This document shows positions 13,636 through 33,098 of a DNA stretch of 64,000 nucleotides, piece by piece. The notes under the pieces are model-generated. The model saw only the letters and a program-made list of their open reading frames with translations, was not told the origin of the DNA and did no database searches. Every line of letters starts with the position of its first letter. Positions within the stretch are counted from its first letter, which is position 1. Where the stretch lies: the NCBI RefSeq assembly GCF_006345805.1, contig NC_042998.1, forward strand, positions 146,010,001 to 146,074,000. The letters run 5' to 3'. Both the position numbers and the translations under genes were made by a program. This stretch comes from Octopus sinensis (lineage: Eukaryota).

Positions 13636-14021
13636 CTAGCAGTATCGGCCGGCGTTGCTCAGGTTTGTAAGGGAAATAACTATAAAGCATTTTTAGAGAG
13701 TTATAGCCACAAAATAGCGAAAAAAATGGGAAAAAAATGATGGTAAATGTTTTTTGAGAGTAAAAAAAGGTGGAGTTGCGTCCCCTAGACAGTTTGCGGT
13801 TTGTTTTTCTGATTCTCGACCCCATGTCGAATTTATCGATTTTTTTCAGAACTGGGGGAACTTTTCAAAATTTTCGCTGCGTTAGTTTTGAATTATGACA
13901 TTGGGCTATGTGTGTGTCAAGTTTCATCAGAATCGGTTGAAAGCCGTGGTCAGGGTGAGGGTACAAGCAAACAGACACACAGAAACACGCACAGACAAAC
14001 TGCCGTTTATATAAAGAGAGA
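13636..14021 (-). mobile_element. Non-autonomous Helitron-like element (386 bp)
   Basis: On the minus strand it starts TC (14021) and ends CTAG (13636), sits between A and T with no target duplication, and has a GC-rich subterminal segment (CCTGAGCAACGCCGGCCG). CpG-rich compared with its flanks. Confidence 0.75.
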
Positions 14022-16395
14022 TCAATCAAAATTTGAGTTACCTACCCCTACTTTGTTTTTTAACAGTTTAATCAGATTGATGTTTCAACAAGTGGGATGT
14101 ATAGTTTACTACAGAATGGAGTATAAGTAAACAAGTGAATAAAACTTGCAATTTGGAAGGGGGGAAAACTCCCCAAAATTCCTTAAGTCCTAAGCTAGAG
14201 CCCCATACTAAATGCAGTTTAACCCTTTAGCATTTAAACCAGCCATATCCAGCCTAAATATTTACTTATTTTATATGTTCAAACAAACTAGATCTGGCCT
14301 CTTACACCTGTTCTACACTATCACTTTTAAAATAAACAATCATCAAAATCCTGAAACCACAAGATAATTGCATGATTAATTTGAAACCATGTGAATAAAT
14401 AACCACTGCAGATTAAATGTTAAACAGTTAATGACTTGTGCAGATAAGATATACCTGAAACGAGACAAGACGTTCACAGCTGAAATACCTGTTAGTCTGT
14501 CCAATCAGGCCTGACCTGAACTCTGCAGGACCTCTAACTTTCTATCGTCTCCATCATCATCATTTAACATCCAACTTTCATGCTGGATGGATTGGATAGT
14601 TTGATAGGATCCAAGCCAGAGGGCTGCATCAAACTCCTGCCTGATTTAGCATAGTTTCTGAGGTTGGATGCCCTTCCTAATGTCAACTACTTTACATCAT
14701 GCACTGACACTTTTTTTTTGCGACACTGTAACCAAGTAACTTGCAAAGCAAAGAGAAAGGGAAAAGCTCTCTCAACTAAGTGGGTTTGTAGAAGAGGTGG
14801 AGGTAACTTTTGTGCCAGGTGTTAAGGTGCTAAAGTATTATACAGGGACAGGTACAAGTGCCTTGTTATAAAGATACAGTCATTCCACAATATATAAGTG
14901 TAGCTGAAAAGAAGATGAAGATGTTGATAACAAGGTCTCAAGGTACAAGATAGGTTGAGAGAGAATATGGACTGAGGAACAGGAAGGATGGGTGGATAAA
15001 TCCATACGGATGTGAGAGGATAGAGACAAATGGTTAGAGATGGGTGTAGAGGTAAATGTAGTGAATGATGTACAAGGGTGGTGGTGTGGTCAATGGTTAA
15101 ATATCAGTATGGTAGAAGAAATAGCTCAGGAAGGTGATTAAGTTGCAGACTTTATGTTCAAACTGAATTGAGGTGAGAGCATTAATTACAGAACATAATC
15201 ACTCATTAAACAAAAATAATCATCACAATACATTCTAAAAAGTAGATATTTTTTATTTGCATGAGTTTTGTAAAAGTTTTTTGTTTTTTTTATCATGTGG
15301 GAGAATTCCTCAATTCCATAAGGCTTCTACTCTACTTTGAATGTATGTAGTTTGAATCAAACACACAAAAACTGAATATTTATGAAAGGTTATGTTCCAG
15401 GGTCAATTTTGTGGAAGGGAGAACCTATATTTTGATGAGTAGGATTGGCAGTAATAAAAGACTGGGACAAGATTAAAACATCTTCTCCAGTTAAAAATGA
15501 AACATCCCGCAACTTGACAAACCAAAACAAGATCACAACTGGTTTGTTGATGACAAGCCAATCACATTAGAATCAAGTACAAATCACCTCAGTATATAAC
15601 TGGTACTAATCTCATCAGCCAATGCAGAGTTAAAATAGAACTAAAGACTAAATTTAGTCTCAACACTGCTGTTTTATCAACCTGCCACTCTTATAGCAAT
15701 AATTCTAATTTTGGAACAAGGCTAGCAATTTTGAGGGGAAGGCAACTCAGTTACATTGATTCCAGTATTTTACTGGTCCTAAAATGTATTGACCCCAAAA
15801 GGATGAAAGGTTAAGTTGACCTCTGGAATTTGAATGTAAAGAACCAGAAAAAAATGCCACTAAGTACTTTGACCAATACTAACAATTTTTCTAGCCCATC
15901 ACCTTAATAATAATGATTTCCTTTTAAGTGTTCTTAGTCTGAAGACTGAATGGTAGTTTATCACGATTAGCAGGATAAAAACAAATTTTCATTAAGATAT
16001 TGACTTTGTAATTCTTAACCACCCACCTTTTTCAGGCTAGGGCAGGATAACGCATGCTGAACTTAATTACACCCACTAACAAGCCCCCATAATGAACAAT
16101 GCCACAAACGAATCTCTAAGGGGAGGAGACCAAATTAGAGGTTTGTATTGTTGACAACCCTAATTCATTAAAAACAAACTGTGCATACCCTATTGTTCAA
16201 TAGGTAAAAAGACACTATATACATATGAAAGTAGTGAGAGAAAGTAATAATGGACGAATTAGTGCTTAAGTGATTAATTACTAAAATAGTCAGAGAAAAG
16301 GTCTTCAATAACTTGTGGCTAGAACAAGTTCAGGTTGCTTCATTAGTTGTTAAAGCATTTTTCTATAGAATTTTCTTCCAGAAACTGTTTTATAT

Positions 16396-23169
<6,774 letters not shown>

Positions 23170-23180
<11 letters not shown>

Positions 23181-23220
23181 AACAAGATGGAGGCTGAGTT
23201 TAAATAACAAAAACATTCAG
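23170..23220 (+). other. MICU1: Putative non-coding first exon of MICU1 (start approximate)
   Basis: Strong donor CAG|GTGAGA at 23220/23221 next to the CpG promoter. The first coding exon has an acceptor 4 nt before its ATG, so an upstream UTR exon is required. Confidence 0.5.
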
Positions 23221-24139
23221 GTGAGACAAATACATCGCTATATATCTGTTATTATCGTTATTTCAATGTTTATTACATTTCTATTACTGTTGTTTGAACT
23301 GTCATTAATTATATTTCATTCGTTTAATTTACAACAACTCGTACTTTTAAGTCATGTCCAAATTGTGATAAAAATCTTATGTGCAGACGACGACGATCTA
23401 TCAATGAAAATATACATTAACGAGATTGAAATCTCTCATGGGAATTTTCATTGCATTCCTTTTTTATGAGATGTCATATAATTTACTAAGACATAAAAAT
23501 ATGTGTATGTGTAATAAATTCTTTACTTTATCCTCTACAGGGATGTTTGTAGTTTGTTAATAATGGTGCTTTCTGTTGTTGTTGAAATAATATTTGGTTA
23601 TATATATGTGTTTCGGTCAGCAGACAGAAATAGTGCTATAATAATACCACACCTATTGGCTTACACCTATTGCTGCTACCTCTTCTCACTGTTCGTAGTA
23701 CCTTGGTGCATCTAAAAAGAGGTTTCTCTGATTAACTGTAGAACTTTTCATTATCATAGCTACATGTTGCTATTAATATCTCGCATGTCCTTCTCAGTTT
23801 TATGACAGGTAAACGTAACATCTTAACCAGGTAAACATTACACCTTAACGAATACCTTTCAGATAAAACTCGGAACGAAACGATTATGTTGTCGTTTTTC
23901 CCTGTCGAAAATTTATATATATATATATACACACACATACATACTAGCATACTCATAAATGCCGACAGTTTTATTAATGATAGAAAATAGCATATATACA
24001 TAAAATTGAAGCACTTGAATCAGATACAGTTGTAATATCTCGGCTGTGTGTGTGTGTTGGCATCTTGCGCAAATGTCTTCTACTATAGACCAAAGCCTTG
24101 TGGGCGAATTTGGTAGACGGAAACTGAAAGACGCCTGTC

Positions 24140-24189
<50 letters not shown>

Positions 24190-24507
24190 GTCTGTTTCTC
24201 CCACCACCATCGCTTGACAACCAATGCTGATGTGTCTATGTCCTTGTAACTTCGGATCTATAGAATAAGTACTAGGCTTACAAAGAGTAAGTCTTGGTGT
24301 CGATTTCTTAGACTAAAGTTCCTTAAGACGGTACTCCAATATGGCCGCAAGTCAAATGACTGAAACAAGTAGAAAATAAAAGAATATATAATATATACAC
24401 GTGTGGAAGATATATATACATACCGATTTGGGGTCGGTAAAGTTAGCAAAAAGTGCAGCAATGACCAAGAAGGTATGTCCTCAAATACCTTATGCACCAT
24501 ATATATA

Positions 24508-25745
24508 TATTTGAGGACATACCTTCTTGGTCATTGCTGCACTTTTTGCTAACTCTGCATAATCTTTGTTTCAGAAAATAATGGCAGACCCTCAGCTTAC
24601 TCAAGAAATGAAGAGGCATGCTATTATTGGGGTTATAAAGGCTAAGCATAGCGATTTAGAAATACCTTTGATTTTTAAAAGTTGCCAAAGTTTGTAAGGA
24701 GTTAGAGACTGAAGATGAAAACATATCACCAGTATCAAAGCATAAAAAGTATTCTAAACGCTCTGATATAATCAGAACACTTGAATTTATCCAGCAAGTT
24801 CAACAGACCATTGATTACAAGTCCATGAGGTCAATTGCAAAAGATCTCCCTGTGTCAGAAAGAACACTCAGAAATATTGTCTATGAAAACATCAGATATA
24901 AGTGTTATTATGATGAGGAAAGGTCAAGTTGTCAGAAAAAGCAAAAGAAAATCACTACATCAGATCTAAAAGGTTCTTAAACAAACTGAAAAATCCAGCA
25001 GAATAAGATTTGATTTGGTTTTTCTCAAACAAGAAAAACTTCGACCAAGATCAAGAAATTAACAGAAGAAATGACAGAGGGTTATGCGCAGGCTCTTCTG
25101 AAGTTCCAAGTGTTATGCATACAAAATTTCCTGCAACTGTCATAGTTTTAGGGGTTGTCAGCAATGAAGAGCATATGATGCTTCCTTACTTCTTTCCACA
25201 AGGCCTTAGAGTTAACTCTGCCACCTGCATTAAGGTCCTGGAAACAATTGTTAAGCCCTGGATAGACAGTGTATGCAATGGAAGGCCATATGTATTTCAG
25301 TAAGACTCTGCACTATCACACACGGCTCTAGTAACACAGGAATGGATGGCTGAAAATTTTCATGATCACATAACCCCTAACATTTGGCCTCCTAATTCCC
25401 CAGATCTCAATCCATTGGACTATTACATGTGGAGTATTGTTGAGAGAGGTCAATGAACACGCCCATAACACCAAAGATTCTTTGAAAACTACCATAGTCA
25501 GAGTAATGAACCAGGACCACTTGATTCCACATAGTCCAAATGAACCAGGACCACTTGATTCAAGCATGTAGATGGTTTAGATCTCATATAGAAGCAGTTG
25601 TTGAAGCTAAAGGTGGCTTTATTGAATAACATTATAGAAAAGAAGGTTTATTTTTATCCTCATAGCATTTTATGATAAATTTATTATCTGTTATTATATA
25701 TGTTTTTTTTTATAGACATAAATCTGTCATCAAATATCTTACATA
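24508..25745 (+). mobile_element. Near full-length, inactivated DD37D (maT-type) Tc1/mariner element
   Basis: ATG at 24581 (MADPQLTQEMKRHAII...), then FFSNKKNF, and YVFQ*DSALSHTA...WPPNSPDLNPLDY with 37 residues between the last two Asp. Degenerate 3' TIR TGTCATCAAATATCTTAC at about 25725-25742. Confidence 0.88.
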
Positions 25746-26211
25746 TGGTTTTGATCTTCTTTCGGTTTCCTTTTACGAAATCTACTTACAAGGCTTTTGT
25801 AGGCCTATGATATAGTAGAAGGCTATATGTGTGTGTGTGTGTGTGTGTGTGCGTGCGCGTGCGCGCGCGTGTGCATTCATAGATATTTATATACACTTAT
25901 GCATGTGCATGCATATGTGAGAATGCGTTTGCATGCATGCACATTTGTTTACATTTCATAGATGGATGAAATCTGTAAAATATGTTATTCCTTACTTAGA
26001 AAAGGAAATAATATTCTGAAAACAATATATATATAAAATATGTACGAGTAGGAGTGACTCCTCAATTCTAAACCTCTCCCACTCCCGCATATTTTGATCT
26101 CACCTTTTCCTTTGACATATACTTCTTGACTTGTTTTATATTTTTGTACTACTGGCCTATCTATTCAGTTCGTGTATATATTTATGTGTTTTATATATAT
26201 ATATATATATA

Positions 26212-27075
26212 CAGGGTGTGGTGAATAAACTGTTGTCTAAATTATGCAAAAAGGAAAATAACACTGACATCTCATTTTAACAGATATAATTACCAAAATT
26301 ACATTAAAATATCTTGAAATAGTAAAGAGTAAATTTATTCAATAAAATCACCATTGGCTTCAACCACAGTCTCCAGATGACTTCAGAATTTCCTGTAACT
26401 CTTCTGGACAGTCTCCTTTTTTAAGTTGATGAATACTATCATAATCCTTGCCTTCAGGTCATCTTTGGTGTTACAAGGAGTTTTGTTGGTCTCTCACTCA
26501 ACTCTGCTACACATAATGAAGGAGGTTGTAGTCTGGGGAGTTATGTGGCCAGATGTTAGGGGTTATGTAGTCGCAGAAATTATCTGACAACTATGACTGG
26601 GGTCTCCTGCTTGTGTGGAATGGTGCAGAGTCCTGTTGCCAGACATAGGGTCTTCCAGCAGCCACCCTCTTGACCCAGAGCAGCACTACCTCCTCTAGGC
26701 ACTTGATGTAGGCCTCTGTTGAGTGTGAAGCTGTGTGGGAAGATGAATGGAGGCATAATGTTGCCATCATGAGTGATCACTCCAAACCATGATGTTGACT
26801 AAGTGTTTGATTTTTATCACTCTCGGTACACATCCCCAGATTGACACCCAAACACTCTAAAATGTTCGTATTGGAGCTTCCAGCGCAAATGCCAAGCAGT
26901 ACAGCATGTCGTTTCCAAATTTCTTGCAGAGTGAATTGCATGATGGTGCTGTTTTTCTCACAGATGGTACCCAACTGACCCTACTATATTGTGTAGTCAA
27001 CAAAATCAAAAGCAAACAATGTGCATGCACAAAATAAAAGATATAAGATGGTGACAATTTACCCATTGCACCCTA
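26212..27075 (-). mobile_element. Internally deleted DD37D (maT-type) element
   Basis: Termini TA-CAGGGTG (26212) and CACCCTA-TA (27075). Minus strand translates WKRHAVLLG... and RPYVWQQDSAPFHTS...NIWPHNSPDYN. Confidence 0.85.
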
Positions 27076-27586
27076 TATATGTGTATATATATATATATGT
27101 GTGTGTATAGTAAGAACTTTTTGGATGGAAATTTATAGATCTTTTAATGCAATGCTACATACGTTTCTACAAACTCTATGCTTCAGTTGTTGCATTCCCC
27201 ATCCACAGGATATTACAAATATGATTTTCAAAATCCATGTATTCTATGGGGAATATTAATACATGTGTTCGTTTCTTCAGGCAAAAGTGCCACTAGTGTT
27301 CTGGCTGTATTGAATATTTAGCGAATGGATATTTACCAATTTACATCAAACAGAAGGATCCGTGGGGTCTATGGGCAGTTCTTGTGCCTATTATGACATC
27401 ATACATAGATAAATTAAACAATATGGAAGGATGGGTGTATGTAGTGTGTTACTTTGTATTTAGATCTGTGCAAAATGGTGTGTGTGGATAGGAAGAGGAG
27501 AAGGTAGAGATCAGTAGCATAAGAGAAGTAAAAGAGAATGGTCATGAATTTCTTTGTTTTGAACTCAGTGTATATGTGCTGTTTGC

Positions 27587-27635
<49 letters not shown>

Positions 27636-27929
27636 CTAGCTTAAAGCCACCCTATTGGGCAGCTTTTAAGCTAGCTCCTGTGGAGGGCTCTTCATTAGGC
27701 CTTGGGCCCAACAATGATACTTCATGCATTGAGCACATATTAAATTTTTTATTAAACTTGACCAATATTTTTCAAGCAATGAACAATTTTCATCAAAACA
27801 ATGATATAATTTGTCAACTTGGAATTTATTGCAAAGCTGCATGATAAACATTTTTTGTCTTCCCATTCAGCAGTCAGTACAATTCTTTTTTCTGTCTAAC
27901 CCGTTTCTTTCTCTCCCTCTCTTTCTGTT

Positions 27930-28190
27930 GTTTTCAACCATCACCATCACAACTGCCATATACACACCATTCAGACTTCTGATGCCATCACCATCAATAC
28001 CTTTGACTTCACTGTCTTCCTCTCCACCACCATCACCACTGTCTTTCACATCGCTTACTATCACCATTGCCCCTGACTTCTTTGGCTACCACCACCACAA
28101 TCATTACCATTGCCTCCGCCTCTATCACAACTACAGCTAATACTATTACTAACATCCCATTACTATCACAACCATTAATCTACTATCTTT
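27930..28190. repeat. Degenerate (CAC/CAT/TAC)n low-complexity tract
   Basis: Repeated ACCATCACC / TACTAT triplets. Confidence 0.7.
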
Positions 28191-28359
28191 ATGCCTACTG
28201 TTACTCTCACCCCAATATGAGCAATAGTAGGAGTGTCAATGATTAGTAAGAAAGGGGGTTGAAGTGTGACGCATTGACACACAGAAATTAGTTTTTGCAT
28301 TTATTATATTAGATATATATAATCATCATTCCATGTCCATTTTCTATGGCTTTGACTAT

Positions 28360-28505
28360 GTGTATGTATGTAAATGTATTTATATGTGTGTATATGTATG
28401 TGTATATGCGTATATATATGTATGTGTATATGTAAGGGTGTATGTGTGTGTGTATATATATATATGTATACATGTGCGTGTATACATGTGTGTGTATAAT
28501 ATATA
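28360..28505. repeat. Compound (TA)/(TG)/(TATG) microsatellite
   Basis: Directly visible; source of spurious YI/HT-rich ORFs. Confidence 0.85.
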
Positions 28506-29010
28506 TAGGCCTGGCTGTGTAGTAAGAAGTTTGCTTTCCAACCACATGGTTCTTGGTTCTGACCTACTGCATGGCACCTTGGGCAAGTGCCTTCTACTAT
28601 AGCTTCAGGCCAACCAAAGAATTGTGAGTTGATTTGGTAGACAGAAAAAAAGCATTTTGTGTCTATGTTTGTCTCCTCATCACTGGTTGACAACCAGTGT
28701 TAATGTGTTTACTTCCCCATAACTTAGTGGTTCAGCAAAAGAGACTGATAGAATAAGTAATAGGCTTAAAAAACTATAAAGCCCTGGGGGTCAATTTGTT
28801 CAGTAAAAACACATACACACACACGTGTGTGTTGTGTGTGTGTATATGTTATATATATGGAGGAGGGCTTCATGAAGGCAACAACTAATGACTAAAACCT
28901 TTGGTGATATGCCATGCTTAAGAAGATCCGTCATGTAACTGGCACACAAAAGCACCCATTACACTCTCAAAGTGATTGGAGTTAGGAAGGGCATCCAGCA
29001 TGGTTTCTAT

Positions 29011-29238
29011 GGCGGCAAGCTGGCAGAAACGTTAGCATGCTGAGTGAAATGCTTAGTGGTATTTCGTCTGCCACTACATTCTGAGTTCAAATTCCGCCGA
29101 GGTCGACTTAGCCTTTCATCCTTTTGGGGGTCGATTGAATAAGTACCAGTTACATACTGGGGTTGATGTAGTCGACTTAATCCCTTTGTCCTTGTTTGTC
29201 CCCTCTATGTTTAGCCCCATTTGGGCAATAAAGAAATG
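29011..29238 (+). mobile_element. SINE family B copy
   Basis: GGCGGCAAGCTGGCAGAAACGTTAGC head, B-box GAGTTCAAATTCC and central GCCTTTCATCC...GGGTCGAT...AAGTACCAG block. Confidence 0.8.
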
Positions 29239-30007
29239 AGAAACTGCCATCATGGACATTGGACATTAAATGAAGACGATGATATATGTGTATTTATATA
29301 TGAATGTGTGTGTGTAAAGCTGTTGATATTTGTATTTAAAAAGGTCATATAAGTTAAATTAGAATGTCATTTACGTACAACTTAATATTTTAAATGCTTT
29401 CTTGTTCAACGAGACAATTTTCTTATTTAAATTGTGGTTATCCTTAACAAAGGATGTACTTTTAACTCCATGAATAGTTCAAGTAACGCCTTGTTATTAC
29501 TTCTGTAAATATCTCTAGAGGATAATACCCTTTTCGGTTATTTTTTCTCTGAACAAGAATCTTTTATAAGTTATTTACTTCAATACTACTATTCCACTAC
29601 TTTTAGAACCCAATGCTACCTGCCTTCAGTTAACAATATAAATTTTGAGCCTACAACTGAATTGTCTCCCTTGTTACATTGTTCAGTTGCTCTGGTTTTC
29701 AATGGCTATCATTTAGGTATATAATTATTTTGACTATTTAGGTCAGTAGGACACTACATTCACAACTTTATTATAACTAAAGCCAACAAGATCATTTGAT
29801 CAAAGCCAACTTTCTGTCTTTTATTTAAAGTTTTTTTTTTTTTCAGCAGGTGTGTAGGTGGAAAATGATGAGTTTTTTTTTTCTTTTTAATTTCAATTTG
29901 GAAATAAAATTCTTTCAACTAGTTTGACACAAATATAACTAAAAATAAATATTTTGTAGTTTTAAAATTTGTATTTATTTATTTCATTTATTCCCCATTT
30001 CAGCATA

Positions 30008-33000
30008 ATGCTTCGCATATTTGGAAGTAGGCTGACCCCTGGCACATACTACAGGGGCTCACTAGACTCCCTATTGAGTTCTACAGCAGTAAAAACTTTA
30101 ACAGCAAATCAAAAATGTCTCCATGTAGCCACAAACCTTGAATCTCAACCTGCAAAATGGAAGAAAATTTACTTGTTAAGAAAACTTCAGAATAATGATC
30201 TTCTCCATATCCGATGTCTTTCCAAACTCCCTACTATAAAGATTATCAACCCTCTTAAGAATTCTAGAGCCACTGAGTACCTTGCTACCAATGAATCTTC
30301 TGCAAAATATGACAAAAAACTTGAATTTGACAACAAACTCCTATATTCAGCATTTCCAGTCAAGCAAAAGATTTCAAAAGCAACAGTTGTGTATTTATTA
30401 ACACTAGGGTCAATTTTAGTTGTCACTCTCATATATGCGTAAGTTTGAAATTTTTTAATTTTTCATTTTAATTAAACTAATTTTTAATTTAACTAATTTG
30501 TATTGGAAATGAAATAATCTTATGTAAAGATCATGTGAGTTTGTGCCTTATGGTGTGCCTTATCAGCAATGAATATTTTAAATAAATTTTTGTTCAATTT
30601 TATTTGCTTTTTGTGTTCAAATCAAATATAATTTATGTGAGTTGTCTAACCTACAGGAATGAAGAGGACAAACTTGTAGTTAAAGCTGAAGCCCCTCCTG
30701 AGGTAACTGATAAGAACAGTTCATCTGAGGAGAGTGATGGGGAAGAAGAAGATAAGAAGAAAAAAAGGAAGAAAGTTGGTTTCCGAGAAAGAAAGGTCAG
30801 TGCTTGCTAAAAACTGCATCTCCATGTTTAATAGGATTTACTTGAGCCTAGAGGCTGGCTAGCATTATTACCAAAGGATATGACCTTTCAGGTTAACCCA
30901 TTTGTTATATTTCTGTTGAAATACATACTACCTTTGTTTCAATTAATTTTAGAAATAATGAAGAATTTAGTAAAGTAACCATGTCATAATTATTAAGCTG
31001 GTTTTCGGAACATTAACATGAAAATTTGATGGAAGGTTTTGATTTAGATTACTTTGTGCATGAAGTTTGTATCATATTTTGAGGTAGGTTGGTAACAAAG
31101 AGATTAAGGTCCCTTTTTTTTTTTTTTTTTTTTATGGAAAGGATTACTTCCTTTGTCAGGTGTACAAGTCAAATACAATCAACTGTTGTTTCTTTATTTC
31201 ATTTTTTTCACTTCATTTTTGGTTTATTGGAGATTTATCTGTCTCACAAGGTTTAGACAGTGCAGTGTAGCAATGTTTCTCCTATAGCAAGACACTTGTG
31301 CTTGTCACTCTATTGTACTTTAGCTCCCGACACCAGGCATAAAGCCACCTCCCCTGTTCTCTCAAATAAACCTACACTCATTCCCAGTTGAGACTTAGGC
31401 TTTTCTTGTTTTGCAAGTTACTTGTCATGACAAAAAGCACCCGGTATACACTGTAAAGTGGTTGGCATTAAGAAAGACATCCAGTTGTAGAGTCCTTACC
31501 AAAGCTGACATTGGAGTTTTCTGCAATCCTGAGGCTAATCAGATCTTGTCTAACCCATGCCAGTATGGAAAATGGACATTAAATGTTGTTGATGATTATT
31601 CTCAAATGAAATAAATTCCTTTAGAAAGTATATGTTGATCTTAGCCAATAAAGATTCTGCCTAGTTAAGAACCTCAGAGTACCTTTTCAAGAATGTTAGA
31701 CTAATGTTTGCAATAATTTGCAATCAAGAGATTGAAATTTCTAAGTGAGCTGAATCCTAATTTTATTCCAAACCTACCAAAAGTAACTTCTTCTCAGACA
31801 CTGCGTATATTTTATTATTCTTTCTTTCCAGATTGTCGAATATGAAAACAGAATTCGAGCATATTCTACTCCAGACAAAATATTCCGTTATTTTGCCACC
31901 TTGAAAGTACTTAATTCCGAAACAAGTGAATATGAAATTTGTATGACACCTGCTGATTTTGTACGCTCCATAACTCCAGGAGTGAAACAACCTGATGGTA
32001 AGGTGGTTTTGTTGTTATTATTATCATTATTATTAAGGCGGCAAGCTGGCAGAAACGTTAGCACGCCAGGCGAAATGCTTAGCAGTATTTCGTCTGTCTT
32101 TACATTCTGAGTTCAAATTCCGCCAAGGTCGACTTTGCTTTTCATCCTTTCGGGGTCGATAAATTAAGTACCAGTTGCAGATTGGAGTTGATGTGATCAA
32201 CGCCCCCTCTAAAAAATATTTCAGGCCTTGTCCCTAGAGTAGAAAAGATTGTTATTATTATTATTATTGTTATTATTATTATCATTATCATTATTATTAC
32301 TATCATTATTGTTATTATTATCATTATCGTTATTATTATTATTGACAAGCTGGCTGAATCATTACTGCACTGGGAAAAATGCTTTGCAGCATTTCATCTA
32401 TCTTTATATTCTGAGTTCAAATTCCACCAACGTCAACTTTGCCTTTCAACCTTTCAAGTGAATAAAATAAGTACCAGTTGAGCATTGGGGTCAAGGTAAT
32501 TGACTAGCCCCCTTCTCTGAAATTGTTGGCCTTGTGCCAAAATTTGAACCATTATTATTATTATTAACATTATTTTGTCTCTCTCATCAGATGATGGTTA
32601 TAAACAAGCATCAGCAACATACAATCAATGTTGTTTGTTTCCATTTGCAGACTTTTCAATGACATACCTACCCTACTTCAGGTCTGCCAGTGCATGCTAT
32701 TAATGAGGTCAATGAATGGCAATGAAAGAGCTTTGATAAACCCAGCTGATTGATTGACCAAATCAAACAATCAGTTAGTCAAGTGGTTCATTACTTAACC
32801 AACTGACTAATAAAAAGTGAAATAGAATCGTGTGTGTATATAAATATTTGTATATACATATATATGTGTGTGCATTTTTTCACGCTCAGAGTTGCTGAAG
32901 CATGGAATAAACTGCCTGCGTCAGTTGTTGACTGCCATGACACTGCATCCTTTAAGGCCCTCATGCTTTCCGAAATCCGCTGAAACTACACCTGATTATA

Positions 33001-33059
33001 TATACACTTTAGATGAGTTGTAGTGCACCTGAGCACTGTACACAATTATTATTATTATT

Positions 33060-33098
<39 letters not shown>

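Noticed and set aside
23913-24249. YI-, HT- and poly-L-rich ORFs here and at 7993-8287, 27587-28693 and 32142-32461
   Set aside because: They are translations of microsatellites and SINEs.
29011-29110. tRNA-like A/B boxes
   Set aside because: They are heads of a multi-copy SINE; there is no full cloverleaf, so no tRNA gene was called.
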